Origin: Candidatus Hydrothermia bacterium
GTDB taxonomy: Bacteria > Hydrothermota > Hydrothermia > UBA1063
Reading direction: 5' to 3'
Length of the DNA stretch: 64,000 nt
Assembly: GCA_049719805.1 (NCBI GenBank)
Contig: JBNARF010000002.1
Span: 15,805 to 79,804, forward strand
Shown here: positions 20,903-32,200 of the stretch, in pieces
Position numbering within the stretch: the stretch's first letter is position 1
Layout: every line of letters starts with the position of its first letter
Program-made: the position numbers and the translations under genes
The notes under the pieces: generated by a model
Told to the model about the DNA's origin: nothing
The model's database searches: none
Seen by the model: the letters and a program-made list of their open reading frames with translations, nothing else

Positions 20903-22301
20903 TAACGAAAGGATATTTCTCGTTTTCTACTCTTTAGCACAGTTCGTTGTTATACTTTTGTGTATTCTCTTGGGGGATTTAAAGCTGGGTTTAAAGCTGG
21001 GCTTACTTTTATTCTTTCTCAATGCAGGTATCTTGTTCCTGAATAATCCTAAAATCCTTTTTTTATTCTACGTTCTCACAATACCAATGGCATCAGGGCT
21101 TGTCGTTTTAAGTCCTTTCTACACCCGGTTCTCGGGGTTATATCTTGAAGTTCCTAATGTTTTCGCAATTTATAACGCATTGGCCCGTCCGGAAGGAATT
21201 TACATTTATAACCTCATGGAAATATTGCTCTTATTATCTCTTTTCCTTTACGCATTCAAAAGAGACTACAAACTTAAGTTTCATAATTTACTAATCTTCA
21301 GTTTATTTTTTTGCTTTGCCAGTAGTCTTTCTATTATTACTGCTTTAAATCCGGTTAGAGCTGTTTTCCAGAATATCCATTTGTTTTTAAGTTTAATCAT
21401 GTTTATTTTTGCACTGCAGGTATGGAACGGCGATGAAAGATATGAAAAACTGGTACTTTTTGTTATGGTCTTTCTTATTCTTGTAACAGTTATTGACGTT
21501 GTGAATTTGAAAGCATTAAAAATGCTAATGCGTGGTACGTTGTTAGTAAGAGCAACCGGGAGATTTAATACTCCGAACCCACCTGCTTTCCTTGCCGGAA
21601 TGGGAGTGTTATTTGCCTTTTACCTGGGTTTAAAGAGCAAGTTTCCTCTTAACTTTTTAAGTTACACGTTAATTTTTGTTTTTATGCTGGTTATTTTATG
21701 TACAGGCTCCCGTAATGGCCTTATCTCAACCTTTGTTTCATTATTTTTTTTCTTGTTCTTGCTTAATTTTAGCCATAAGAAGAGCAAGAATTACTTCATA
21801 CCCTTCTTCCTGGTTATTATAGTCATCGTTTTATATAGACTTGGACGTGGATTGATTCAGCTCAGACTTAACCCGAAGTTGCTGGCTTATGATACCTCTG
21901 TATTCTCAAGATTACTTATGTGGAGAAATTCCATAAGCTATATTTTACGTCATCCCTTCGAGCCCGTGGGCACTGGCTGCTTTTTCTATTTTAATGGATC
22001 CCTCGGGATGCCCTTCGCCCATAATTTCCTAATAAATACACTGATAGAATCAGGGATTGTACCGTTTATTATGCTCCTTGCTGCTTATATTACTGCTTTA
22101 ATGAAAATTGTTAGAAAGGTGTTTCAGGTTACTCGTGGGGCGAACATAAACCTGGAAGAAATTGTGGGCCTGACTTTCATACTTTACATAATTTCAGTAT
22201 TTACATTCGATCAATTTCTTTACGATGGAAGTTTGTGGAGATTTATGGTGGTGTTCCTATCTTTTTCTATCTCCAAATTATGGAAGGAGGATTCTGCTTG
22301 A
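20868..22301 (+). CDS. O-antigen ligase/polymerase-like (Wzy_C domain) polytopic membrane protein
   Basis: 477 aa, >10 TM helices. GSRNGLIS loop typical of the Wzy_C/O-antigen ligase family. Confidence 0.7.
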   Translation: MTKFMGFSIKNSNERIFLVFYSLAQFVVILLCILLGDLKLGLKLGLLLFFLNAGILFLNNPKILFLFYVLTIPMASGLVVLSPFYTRFSGLYLEVPNVFAIYNALARPEGIYIYNLMEILLLLSLFLYAFKRDYKLKFHNLLIFSLFFCFASSLSIITALNPVRAVFQNIHLFLSLIMFIFALQVWNGDERYEKLVLFVMVFLILVTVIDVVNLKALKMLMRGTLLVRATGRFNTPNPPAFLAGMGVLFAFYLGLKSKFPLNFLSYTLIFVFMLVILCTGSRNGLISTFVSLFFFLFLLNFSHKKSKNYFIPFFLVIIVIVLYRLGRGLIQLRLNPKLLAYDTSVFSRLLMWRNSISYILRHPFEPVGTGCFFYFNGSLGMPFAHNFLINTLIESGIVPFIMLLAAYITALMKIVRKVFQVTRGANINLEEIVGLTFILYIISVFTFDQFLYDGSLWRFMVVFLSFSISKLWKEDSA

Positions 22302-23479
22302 GAACTTCAAAAGTAGCAGTAGTCCATCCGCTTTTTGGTTGGGGTGGGAGCGAGGCTGTAGCAGCATGGGTTTTACATTCTTTGCAGGATGAACACCATC
22401 TTACGCTTCTAACTTTTGACCAGAAGATAACTGTTGAAAGGCTGAATAGTTTCTACGGAACCCGGATCGACGGAGAAAAAGTCAAAATAAGAAGAGTTCA
22501 AGGTTTATCTCTTCTGAACAAAAATATGTCAAAATTTGCGGTTCTAAGACAACATTTGATGATGAGAGAATGTAAAAAGCTGGCTCAAGATTTTGATCTT
22601 TTTTTCAGCACTTATAATGAGATGGATTTCGGGAAACCCGGCTTGCAGTATATTCATTTCCCATTTTTAGCAAACTATGAATATCTTCGGCTGAAAGAGG
22701 AAAATTTTTCCAGGGTCTGGTATCATAGGCCAAATCTTTTAAGAAATGTTTATCTTAAAATAGGGCAGATAATAAGCAATTACAACGAGAGCAAGATGCT
22801 CGAAAACTTAACCCTTGTGAACTCCAGATGGACAGGAGAAGTTTTTCAAAAAAACTACGGTGTTGACGTTAAGGTGCTATATCCTCCCGTTTATATTCCA
22901 AACAAAGAAGTTCTTCTGGTAAGATATCCTTTTGATGAGCGGGAATCGGGCTTTGTTTGTGTTGGCAGAATTGAGCCTACAAAGAGAATACTGGAAATTG
23001 TCGAAATTCTGGAAATTGTTCGAAAAATGGGTGTCAAGATTCATCTTCATATAGCTGGAAGAGTGGGGGATAAAGATTATTATAGGCAGATTGCTAATGT
23101 TGCCAATAAAAATTCGGACTGGGTTTTTATCCACAACAATTTAGATAGGTTAGCTCTGGCAGAGCTTCTTGCCTCCCACAAATATGGGATCCATGCAAGG
23201 GTTAATGAACATTTTGGCATTGTAGTCGGTGAGATGATAGCGCTGGGATTAATACCTTTTGTTCACAAAAGCGGCGGGCAGGTGGAGATGGTTCAATCTG
23301 AGATTCTGACTTTTTTGGATAAAGAAGAGGCAGCAAGAAAGATTTACAGCGTTATTTCAGATCCAGGTGTAGAACAGGACTTGAGAGAAAAACTAAAAGA
23401 CGCAGCAAAAGAACTGGAAATAGACAATTTTGTAAGGAAGGTGCGAGAATACGTAAGGGAGTTTTTGAAAAATTCTTAA
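22235..23479 (+). CDS. GT4-family glycosyltransferase
   Basis: EHFGIVVGEMIALGLIPFVHKSGG (E-x7-E). Start more likely TTG at ~22298 after a GGAAGGAGG RBS. Confidence 0.8.
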   Translation: MEIYGGVPIFFYLQIMEGGFCLRTSKVAVVHPLFGWGGSEAVAAWVLHSLQDEHHLTLLTFDQKITVERLNSFYGTRIDGEKVKIRRVQGLSLLNKNMSKFAVLRQHLMMRECKKLAQDFDLFFSTYNEMDFGKPGLQYIHFPFLANYEYLRLKEENFSRVWYHRPNLLRNVYLKIGQIISNYNESKMLENLTLVNSRWTGEVFQKNYGVDVKVLYPPVYIPNKEVLLVRYPFDERESGFVCVGRIEPTKRILEIVEILEIVRKMGVKIHLHIAGRVGDKDYYRQIANVANKNSDWVFIHNNLDRLALAELLASHKYGIHARVNEHFGIVVGEMIALGLIPFVHKSGGQVEMVQSEILTFLDKEEAARKIYSVISDPGVEQDLREKLKDAAKELEIDNFVRKVREYVREFLKNS

Positions 23480-24939
23480 ATATTTTTCTTTTGTAAAAAA
23501 CCTTCGAGTTTTCTTAGAGTTTCCTTTACGCCTTTGTTAAGTAGGTCAAAATTTAAAATACAAATTAAAAGCATCCCGAGTAATGAGGTGATTATAGCTG
23601 TGGATTTTATCGTTATAAAAGTGTTCACCAGAAAGCAGGCAAGGAGAATGAAAAGAGTTAAAAATAACTTTCCAAGGGGATATTTCACGGGAAAGAGTTT
23701 CATTGAGGCAAAAGTTTCTATTGAAAATAAAACTAAAAAAGATAGGGCGGAAGAAAGGGCGGCACCTCTTGCACCCAACTCCCTGGTGAAAATAAAGTTC
23801 AGTCCTATGTTTACCAGAAGAGTTACACCATCGGAGATTATAAACCAGTAAGTTTTTTTCATGAAATTGATGCCTTTGTTGGTCACTGCGAGAATCGCCA
23901 GTATTACAGGAGACATGAGCAGGAGAGGCAGGATATTCGAAGCGGGTCTATATTCCTTTGCTAATACGAGGAAAATGACATCTTTAAGAGCAATCACTAA
24001 GAGTGCGAAAATCGCCATGGAGAAGGTTATTATTTCTGCAGTCTGCACAAAAAGTTTTGTGTTTTCTCTATCCTTTTCGTAAGTCTCAAAGGCCACGGGA
24101 ATCCAGAAATTCTGAAAGCCAGAATATATAAGGTGCATGATGTAGCTTATCCTGAAGGCGGCTGAAAAAAGACCCAGTTCAGAAAAAGTAGAGTAGGCCC
24201 TTAAAAAAATCCGTGAAGTCCAGGTCTGGAACCACCAGAGAAGGGCACTGGGTAAAAGGGGAAGGGAGTATGCAAGAATTTTTTTGAGTAACTCTTTGTT
24301 GATCCTGACAGGTAAAATATTCGAATGTTCGAAAACGAATCCCAATAGAAAAGAAAGGGTGTTGGATACAATCTGGCCCCAGATTACTGCATAAAAGCTT
24401 CTACCGAAAGTTATTGCATAAAGTATGGTTGTGATTACGTTAAATAGGGCTTGAGCGACAAAAACCAGTGAATAGAGAAATCCCTTTTTTTGCATCCTTA
24501 TTGCAGTTAAATTAAAAACCTGAAGTAGCCCCGTAAGGAGGGATAAAGTTAGAAGTATACCCATGGGATGTTCCGCTTCTCCAGTGACTATGGTAGAGAC
24601 CCGGGCATTGAAGAAGAGCAATATTAGTGTTATTAACACCAGGATCTGGAACGGAAAGTAGAGGGATGACCAGAGAAGGTCATTTCTTTTATCTTCTTCT
24701 ATCTCGTGGAAGAATCGGGTAAAAGCCTGATCATTACCACTTAGGATCAAGGTTAGAAGGAGGGAATAAATAGTGGAGTACATATTAGCTTTTCCAAATT
24801 CCGCTGGTGAGATAAGGTAAGTTATAATTGGAATTGAGATTACGTTGATTACAGCTTGGATCCACACCCCCAGAGAAAAGGAAAAGAACAGTTTCAAGGC
24901 ACTTTTTATGTTTAATCTTTGAAAAGTGGAAGCGGTCAT
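23476..24939 (-). CDS. wzx: polysaccharide biosynthesis flippase (Wzx, MOP superfamily)
   Basis: 487 aa, 12-14 TM helices with the typical Wzx layout. Convergent with the GT4 gene, 4-nt overlap. Confidence 0.7.
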   Translation of the reverse strand: MTASTFQRLNIKSALKLFFSFSLGVWIQAVINVISIPIITYLISPAEFGKANMYSTIYSLLLTLILSGNDQAFTRFFHEIEEDKRNDLLWSSLYFPFQILVLITLILLFFNARVSTIVTGEAEHPMGILLTLSLLTGLLQVFNLTAIRMQKKGFLYSLVFVAQALFNVITTILYAITFGRSFYAVIWGQIVSNTLSFLLGFVFEHSNILPVRINKELLKKILAYSLPLLPSALLWWFQTWTSRIFLRAYSTFSELGLFSAAFRISYIMHLIYSGFQNFWIPVAFETYEKDRENTKLFVQTAEIITFSMAIFALLVIALKDVIFLVLAKEYRPASNILPLLLMSPVILAILAVTNKGINFMKKTYWFIISDGVTLLVNIGLNFIFTRELGARGAALSSALSFLVLFSIETFASMKLFPVKYPLGKLFLTLFILLACFLVNTFITIKSTAIITSLLGMLLICILNFDLLNKGVKETLRKLEGFLQKKNI

Positions 24940-25006
24940 AAATAACCTTTTGCTGAGGTAAATTATAAGGTTTTGGATTTCTATTAAGAAACTTCACAAC
25001 TAGTGG

Positions 25007-28000
25007 GTGACTAACGAGTTTGTGAATTTTCATGGAAGATACCCTATTATTTTTTCCATGATAAAAAGTCGCTTCCTAAGGTTGTGTCCCAATTGCGGTG
25101 GTGATATTACCGATGAAAGGCTTTTTAAAGGTCTTCCCTGTCCGCGCTGTTTGCCAGATGAAGGGTTACCTTTAAAGGATGGTCTAAAATCTGGTGAGAT
25201 TTACGAATTTCTCAAGGTGCTTAATGAAGTAACATCGTGGTCTACCCATTTCGAGGCGCACATGAAATCATCCCCCTGGGGACTTCAGACTGCCTGGGCG
25301 AAGAGGGTTTTCCTTGGAAGATCCTTCGCATTACTTGCCCCTACCGGTGTGGGAAAAACTTCTTTCGGGGTCTCCATCGCCTCTTTCTTTTCCCTTAAAA
25401 ACTTTAGATCGTACATCATAGTCCCGACAATAATTCTTGTAAACCAGATCACGGATAAGCTACTTCAATTTGGCGTTCGAGAAGAAGAAATTCTTTCCTT
25501 TGGAGGAGAGGAATCCAGAAGTGAGTTGAAAGCAAAGAGAGATAGACTCAAATCGAGAGACTTCAGAATACTCGTTTCTACCTCAATGTTTTTATATCGA
25601 AACTATAATGATATTCCCCCGGACTTCGATTTCGTTTTTGTTGACGACGTGGATTCTTTCCTCAAAACAGCCAGAAATATAGATAAAGCATTGATAATTC
25701 TGGGCTTTGATTCGAAGGATGTTCAAGAGACTCTTCAATATATACTATTTAAAAGAAAGCCAAAGAAAACCAGTGATGACTTTGAAAAGTTAAGAGAATG
25801 GGAGGAGAAGATTAAAGATATTTCTCGAAAACGCAGGGGAGTACTTGTGGTATCCTCAGCAACATCAAGTCCTAGGTCCTTTCGTGTGGAACTCTTTAGA
25901 GAGCTTCTCGGCTTTGAAGTGGGTACCCCCACTTTTTATCTCAGAAACGTAGAGGACTTGTACGATCGTTCAGGTGAAAAGAGCCTATTTGAGTGGATAA
26001 AGACCCTGGGCAAGGGTGGACTTGTTTTCCTTTCGGCTGACCAGGGAAAAGAAAGGGTTAAGGAAGTGGTGGCGGAACTTGAAAGCAAGGGGATAAGGGC
26101 AGTTTCTTATGAAGATATCGATGATCTTGCCATCCGGGATTTTGAAGATGGTAAAATTGACGTTTTTGTAGGAATTGCCTCCTATCGAAATCCCCTCTCA
26201 AGAGGGTTTGATTTACCTCATGTAATAAGGTACGCAATATTCCTTGGCGTCCCTAAAATAGTTATTTCTCTGAAGATTGAGACCAATCCTACACATCTTC
26301 TCTGGGCACTATCTTCCATACGGAAACATCTTGCCAGAACCAATCCCGCGAAACTTAAAACCATAGATATTTACATGCAGAGGTTGAAAAAATTGGAAAA
26401 TATTGATCTAAAGAAATTGCCTGAAAATTCTTTGGTAAGGTCGAGATTTGAATCTTTGAGAAGGGAGGTACTAGAATTACTTAACTCTGCTGATGTTGTG
26501 GAATTTATGAAGGGTTCCTCTGAAATTAACTTAAGGCAAACTCCTGAGGGATTGGAAATGATAGTATCGGATGCCACCGGTTATCTACAGGCCAGCGGAA
26601 GAACGTCCAGAATGTATGGTGGGGGAATAACCAAGGGATTAAGCCTGATACTTGTGGATGATGAGGCAGCTTTCAGTCACCTCGTGAAAAAAGTGAAGTG
26701 GTTCAATGACGAAATCGAGTTTAAGGACGTTTCTAATGTGGATTTGCGTTCGATATTGGAGACCATTGATAGGGATAGGCAGACTTTAAAGGCGTATAAA
26801 GAGGGCAAAATAAGCGTAGAGAAGAAAGATCTACTAAAGCCCGTACTAATAATTGTGGAGTCACCCAATAAGGCTCGAACTATTGCTCGATTTTTCGGGA
26901 AACCCATAAGAAGGAAAGTGGGGACTCATGATCTCCTTGAGACATCGGTGGACGACAAATATCTTATAATTACTGCCTCACTGGGGCATGTTCTGGATTT
27001 AAATAAAGAGGTAGGATATCACGGTACTTTAATAGAAGATAAAGTAGTTCCCGTTTATGAACCCATAGAAGGGAAGGATGAAATAATTTCAAGTATTAGA
27101 AAAATGGCTATGGAATGTGAAGAGGTGCTCGTGGCTACTGACCCGGACACTGAGGGAGAGAAGATAGCATGGGATTTGTATGGACTGTTAAAGAGTTTTG
27201 CTCCGAATATTTGGAGAATGGAGTTTCATGAGGTGACCCGGAAGGCTATTCTGAACGGGCTTAGAAATCCCAGAGATTTAAATTTTGATCTTGTTAAAGC
27301 TTAGATTCTGCGGAGAATTTCAGATCGATGGGTGGGTTTTGAGTTTTCGGAATATTTACAGAGGAGATTCGGTAAAAAGAGTTTATCAGCAGGAAGGGTT
27401 CAGACCCCCGTTTTAGGATGGATAATTGAAAGGGAGAAAAAATACTACAGAAAACTCTACAAAATAGAGATTTATATGGGGGTAGGTGAACGCAAACTAA
27501 AGGTGGATTTTACATTTTCTGATGAAGACGAAGCCAGGGAGTTCTATGAAAATCTGGAAACCATTGAGATTTCAAAAATTGAAGGTAAAATTGTAGAAGT
27601 TAACCCTCTTCCACCTTACAGAACAGATACAATGCTGCAGGATGCATCTAATAAACTGAAATTTTCCCTTCCCAAAACCATGGAGCTGGCTCAGGATCTT
27701 TTTGAGATGGGTTACATTACATATCACAGGACAGATTCCGTAAGGGTTTCAGACGCGGGCATTAAAATTGCGAGAGAAATAATTGAGGAGGATTTTGGTA
27801 AAGAGTACTTTGTGCAGAGGAGCTGGGGTGAAGGGGGTGCTCACGAGTGTATTAGACCTGCCAGGGCTCTGGATCCTGAGGACCTGAAATCCCTTGTATT
27901 TACCGGTGAAACCGAGTACCTGAGCTATGATCACCTCGCACTTTATGAAATGATTTTTAAGAGGTTTATTGCCAGTGAGATGAGACCTGTTAAGGTGAGG

Positions 28001-28507
28001 GAACAACATGTGGAAGTGAAAGCACTTAATCTGAAGCAGGAAATAAAATTAAGGGTAGAAATTCTGGAAGATGGCTGGAATAAGGTTATTCCTTTGCATC
28101 TTGATCCAGAGCTCCCGTCGTCAATCAACGTTACAAGAAGCAAAAGATTTAGAACTGTTCCTGAGGCTTATCCATATACTCAGGGAGAACTGGTCTCAGA
28201 AATGAAAGAAAAGGGTATAGGAAGGCCTTCAACTTACGCCACCATCATTGAAAAACTTTTCGAAAGGTCCTATGTCATTGAAAAAAATGGATTTTTATTT
28301 CCCACTCATCTTGGAAAAAGAGTTTACGCGTTTTTGAATGCCAGAGAAAAAATCAGGGCCTTTGTCTCGGAGGAATTCACCAGAATTCTGGAGAAACTTA
28401 TGGACGAAGTTGAGGAAGGTAAAAAAGATTATCAAGAGATACTTCTGGATATTCTGGATAAGATGAGAGAAATCAGGAAAGAGCAGGGTTTTGCCAGTTT
28501 TGTATAG
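25007..28507 (+). CDS. rgy: reverse gyrase (helicase-like + topoisomerase IA), interrupted by a single in-frame TAG at 27302-27304
   Basis: N-terminal Zn finger CPNCGG...CPRC and Walker A APTGVGKT. TOPRIM IIVESPNKARTIARFFG, DPDTEGE, SAGRVQTP and active-site GYITYHRTDS. Total 1166 codons in one frame. The TAG sits where topo IA has AQQARR (here A*ILRR). True start probably the ATG at 25058 (MIKSRFLRLCPNCGG). Confidence 0.85.
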
Positions 28508-29141
28508 AATGTTAAAGAGCACACCCTTTGAGAATAACGTGGAACGTTATGATAATTGGTTTGAGAAGTATCCCCTGGTTTATCAAAGTGAAATAAATGC
28601 AATAAAATCTTTCGTTACTGGTGGGTTTGGTCTTGAAGTGGGAGTGGGGACGGGACGTTTTGCACTGCCTTTAAAAGTGGAAATCGGACTGGACCCCTCC
28701 TTTAATATGTTAAGACTGGCGAAAGAGAGGGGAGTTAAAGTAGTAAGAGGATTTGCAGAGTATTTGCCCTTTAGGAGCGAAGTATTTGATTTTGTGCTCT
28801 TTGTTACAACCATTTGTTTTGTTGATAACGTATATAAATCCCTTGAAGAGGCCTATAGAGTTTTGAAACATGGTGGTGCCATTGTCGTGGGTTTTGTGGA
28901 TAAGGAGAGTCCTCTGGGGAAACTTTACCAGCATAAAAGAGGGCAGAGCGTATTCTACAAAGAAGCCAGATTTTATTCTGTGCAGGAACTTCTAGATTAT
29001 ATGAAAAAAGCGGGTTTTTCAGATTTTGTGATTAAGGAGACCCTGTTTGGAGAATCTCTTGATATACCGGAAGTCCAACCTGTTGAAGATTGGTCCGGCC
29101 GGGGGTCCTTTGTGGTTATAAAAGGATTGAAAAAAAGTTGA
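28491..29141 (+). CDS. class I SAM-dependent methyltransferase
   Basis: Motif I GLEVGVGTGRF. 216 aa. Confidence 0.8.
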   Translation: MPVLYRMLKSTPFENNVERYDNWFEKYPLVYQSEINAIKSFVTGGFGLEVGVGTGRFALPLKVEIGLDPSFNMLRLAKERGVKVVRGFAEYLPFRSEVFDFVLFVTTICFVDNVYKSLEEAYRVLKHGGAIVVGFVDKESPLGKLYQHKRGQSVFYKEARFYSVQELLDYMKKAGFSDFVIKETLFGESLDIPEVQPVEDWSGRGSFVVIKGLKKS

Positions 29142-29268
29142 AATTTCATTTCGCGCATCTTTCTTCGGATACCCTTTGTGTCCACAAGGTAAAACTTAGT
29201 TTGACCTGGTAGTGCAGGCAAATAATAACTTAAGACAAATTACTCGCTTTTTTAAGGGAAGGGGGTGA

Positions 29269-32200
29269 TTACTTTATTTTTACCTTATAGATAAAATAGC
29301 TGCTTTCTCCAGGTTTTAATACAGGGATAGGGCCCGGGGAATTGGAGTCAAGGTTGTACAGGTCTATTCGCAGGAACAGTGATCCATTTATATTCATAAT
29401 CCAGGCACCATCGGAATTTGTATCCTCGTTCTCTTCAGCTCTTAGATAGATTACAGTAACCCCGTCGGGGTAATGAAATTCTATATCTTTTGCTACTCCG
29501 AAAGCACCATTTACAAGTATCACCCAGGGATTAATAGGGTCGGTTATGATAATACTGTCAATATCTGCGATTCCGATATTTTTAAATCTAATTGTGTATG
29601 AGACAGTATCTCCCGGCCGTGCCTGTGCCTTATCCACCTCTTTTTTAAGACTTAAAGGTCCGGAAATAGTGGTTATGTCCACTACTTGACCTGTGTCAGT
29701 AATGGAGTTCTGGTTGGCGAAGGTGAAATTCAATGAAAACTTTGATATGTCCATACTGCCTGGTGTTGCATTTTGTGGTATAAAAGCCCTAACAAAGATA
29801 TACATCGTGTCAAATGGTGAGAGCGTAAAAGAAGGGGAAATAATAGTGTCGGGATTATCAAGCACACCATTTTTATTCACATCTTCTATAAATATCCATG
29901 TCCAGTTTTGAGTGCTTGACTGATTTATGCTTATAGTGCCTTCAGTACCTGAGATTATGATGTGTGGGTAATATACAGGCACGCCCGGCATTCCGGAGCC
30001 TGAGTTGTCATTCTCAAATACTATTCCCATCACGTCCCCAAAATTATAATTGGAGTAAACAACCCCTGAACTAAAGGTGGAAAACTCAACAGTATCAGCT
30101 CCCATAGGATTGCCGGAAACTCCTCCATCATGGTCACCCGTTGAAATGTAATCGGGTTTATTTTGCTCTACAAGATAAAAAGGCGGGGTTACGTCATAAG
30201 GAATCCAGAGCGTATAATCGCCGTTGTTGTCTGTAAGGGTAGATGCAATTAAATTCCCAGAAGCTTCGGCGAATACCAGAACTCCATTTATACCCCTTTC
30301 GCCGGTATCATAGACTCCATTGTTATTAGTGGATAGGGAAGCATTCTGTGCGTCGTAGAATACCTTACCAGTTATTCTGGAACCGTGATAATCGCCGAAA
30401 TACACATAAATATCAGAGGAAGCCTCCCAGTTTACCTCCTGCACGTTCGGTGTGGTGGATACGTAACCTGGAGGGTCTCCGCCAATTTCTGGATTAGAAC
30501 CTGCATTGTTATTAAAATCCTCTATAATTCTGTAAATACCAGTGTTAATGGGTGAAAATTCAAAGTATCCACTGCTATTACTCTCTATAAAGCTCTCCTC
30601 CTGCCAGTTTGTTCCATCAAAATACCAGAGCTCGATTCTCACACCTTCAATACCTCTTTCGGCATTATCCATGGTAAGATTGTGGTTTTGGTCCTCAAAC
30701 ACAAATCCCTTTATCCTGTTGGCGATAACTATTCCATAGTTGGCAGAAAATTCGCTGGTTCCGTAGTTTGGATTTGTTGCGGTAGCAGTAATGGAATCGT
30801 CCTTGGTAAGAGTTATGTATGATGGGACATTTATGTCACAGTTAAAAGTTCCGTCACTTTGCGTAATGCAGCTACCTATGTACCAGTGCCCTTCCCCATG
30901 AGGAACTCTCAACCCGTCTCCCTGAACAATTTCGCCCTCCTGAACCCCATCGTGGTCTGCCTTGTACACTTCAATGGTGAACACATCGGAGATGTGAGAA
31001 GATGGAGTGCCGACAAAACCTTCCACATGGAGTTTGGAGCCTCTTAGCTCAACCTTTGTGAAAATGGGATAGTCTATCCCGTAATTCTGCTGGTTGGAAT
31101 TTAAAATGCCGTCATTAGCCGTAACACTATCACCATTGGGGTTCACTGATCCATCTGTATGGGTCTGGTCAAGGTCAATGGAAAGAAGGCCATTGTTGTA
31201 AAAAGCATTCTGGCTTAAGATATTTTTCCGTGAAGGCTGTCTCAGGGTGCCAGTCTGAACTGCTACGACTGCAACGGCGTTTCCGGGAGCATCATGGATA
31301 ACGTTGTGTTCTACCAGGCTTCCGTCCCCAAATATTCTAATACCACACAACTCAAGATTAGTAGGTTGTTGACCACAGTAGTTTCCATGCTCATCACCCT
31401 GCCCTGTAAACCTTACAGTGTTTTGCCTCCACGTGTATGCACCTGTCGCCTGCCATGATTCAAGTCCATGTGATGCAACATATTCAATATAATTGTAATT
31501 TGCCTGGGCATCATTTCTGTCCCTTACATTTGTTGTACCCTCAAAGGTTATGCCATCTCCACAGGCACTCTGCAGAGCAATATGAGATAGGTAATTTCTT
31601 TCAACTATGGCAAGCCCCGGAATATAACATCCTGTTCCATTAACATAAGCGATGTAGTTGTGGAGTATGCATGCCTGCTGGTTAGCTGCGACATATACCC
31701 CATACTGGCCTCTGTAATCCAGGGTAGGGTCTCTGCCATCCGCTCTCACGCTGATAAAATTGTCACTTATGGTATCATTCGTTCCAGTCCTGACATAAAA
31801 AAGGTTAGTACTGTTGTTGAAAATGCCGATGTGAGACACTCTACAACCTGATGCACGAAAATCAATTCCCACTCCTCTATCATTTACATCAATTTCAAGT
31901 TCTGGTTTCTCAAACTGCGGAAGTACAGTCTCATCACCTGTACCAGGCACTCCGTCAGGGCCTGTACCCACCGGCTCTGGCGCGCTTATACCTCCAGGGT
32001 TTTCATCCCGGAGAGTTGAACCATCGGAGTAATGGTAGGCAGTTCCATCCACAACGGTCTGATTATCCGTTAATGCAGGTAAAGCTCCAAGAGAGGTGTT
32101 TAGTGTTACCTTCCACCAGTTTCCACCTCCACCTGACTCGTTTGTGAAGACCACTGGTACAAAGCGCATTACGTTTTTGCCTGTTATAGCATTGGCATTC

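Noticed and set aside
22985-23020. In-frame tandem duplications inside genes (CTGGAAATTGTCGAAATT x2 = ILEIVE/ILEIVR in the GT4 gene; LKLGLKLGL in the Wzy-like gene)
   Set aside because: Short in-frame coding repeats, not mobile or regulatory elements.
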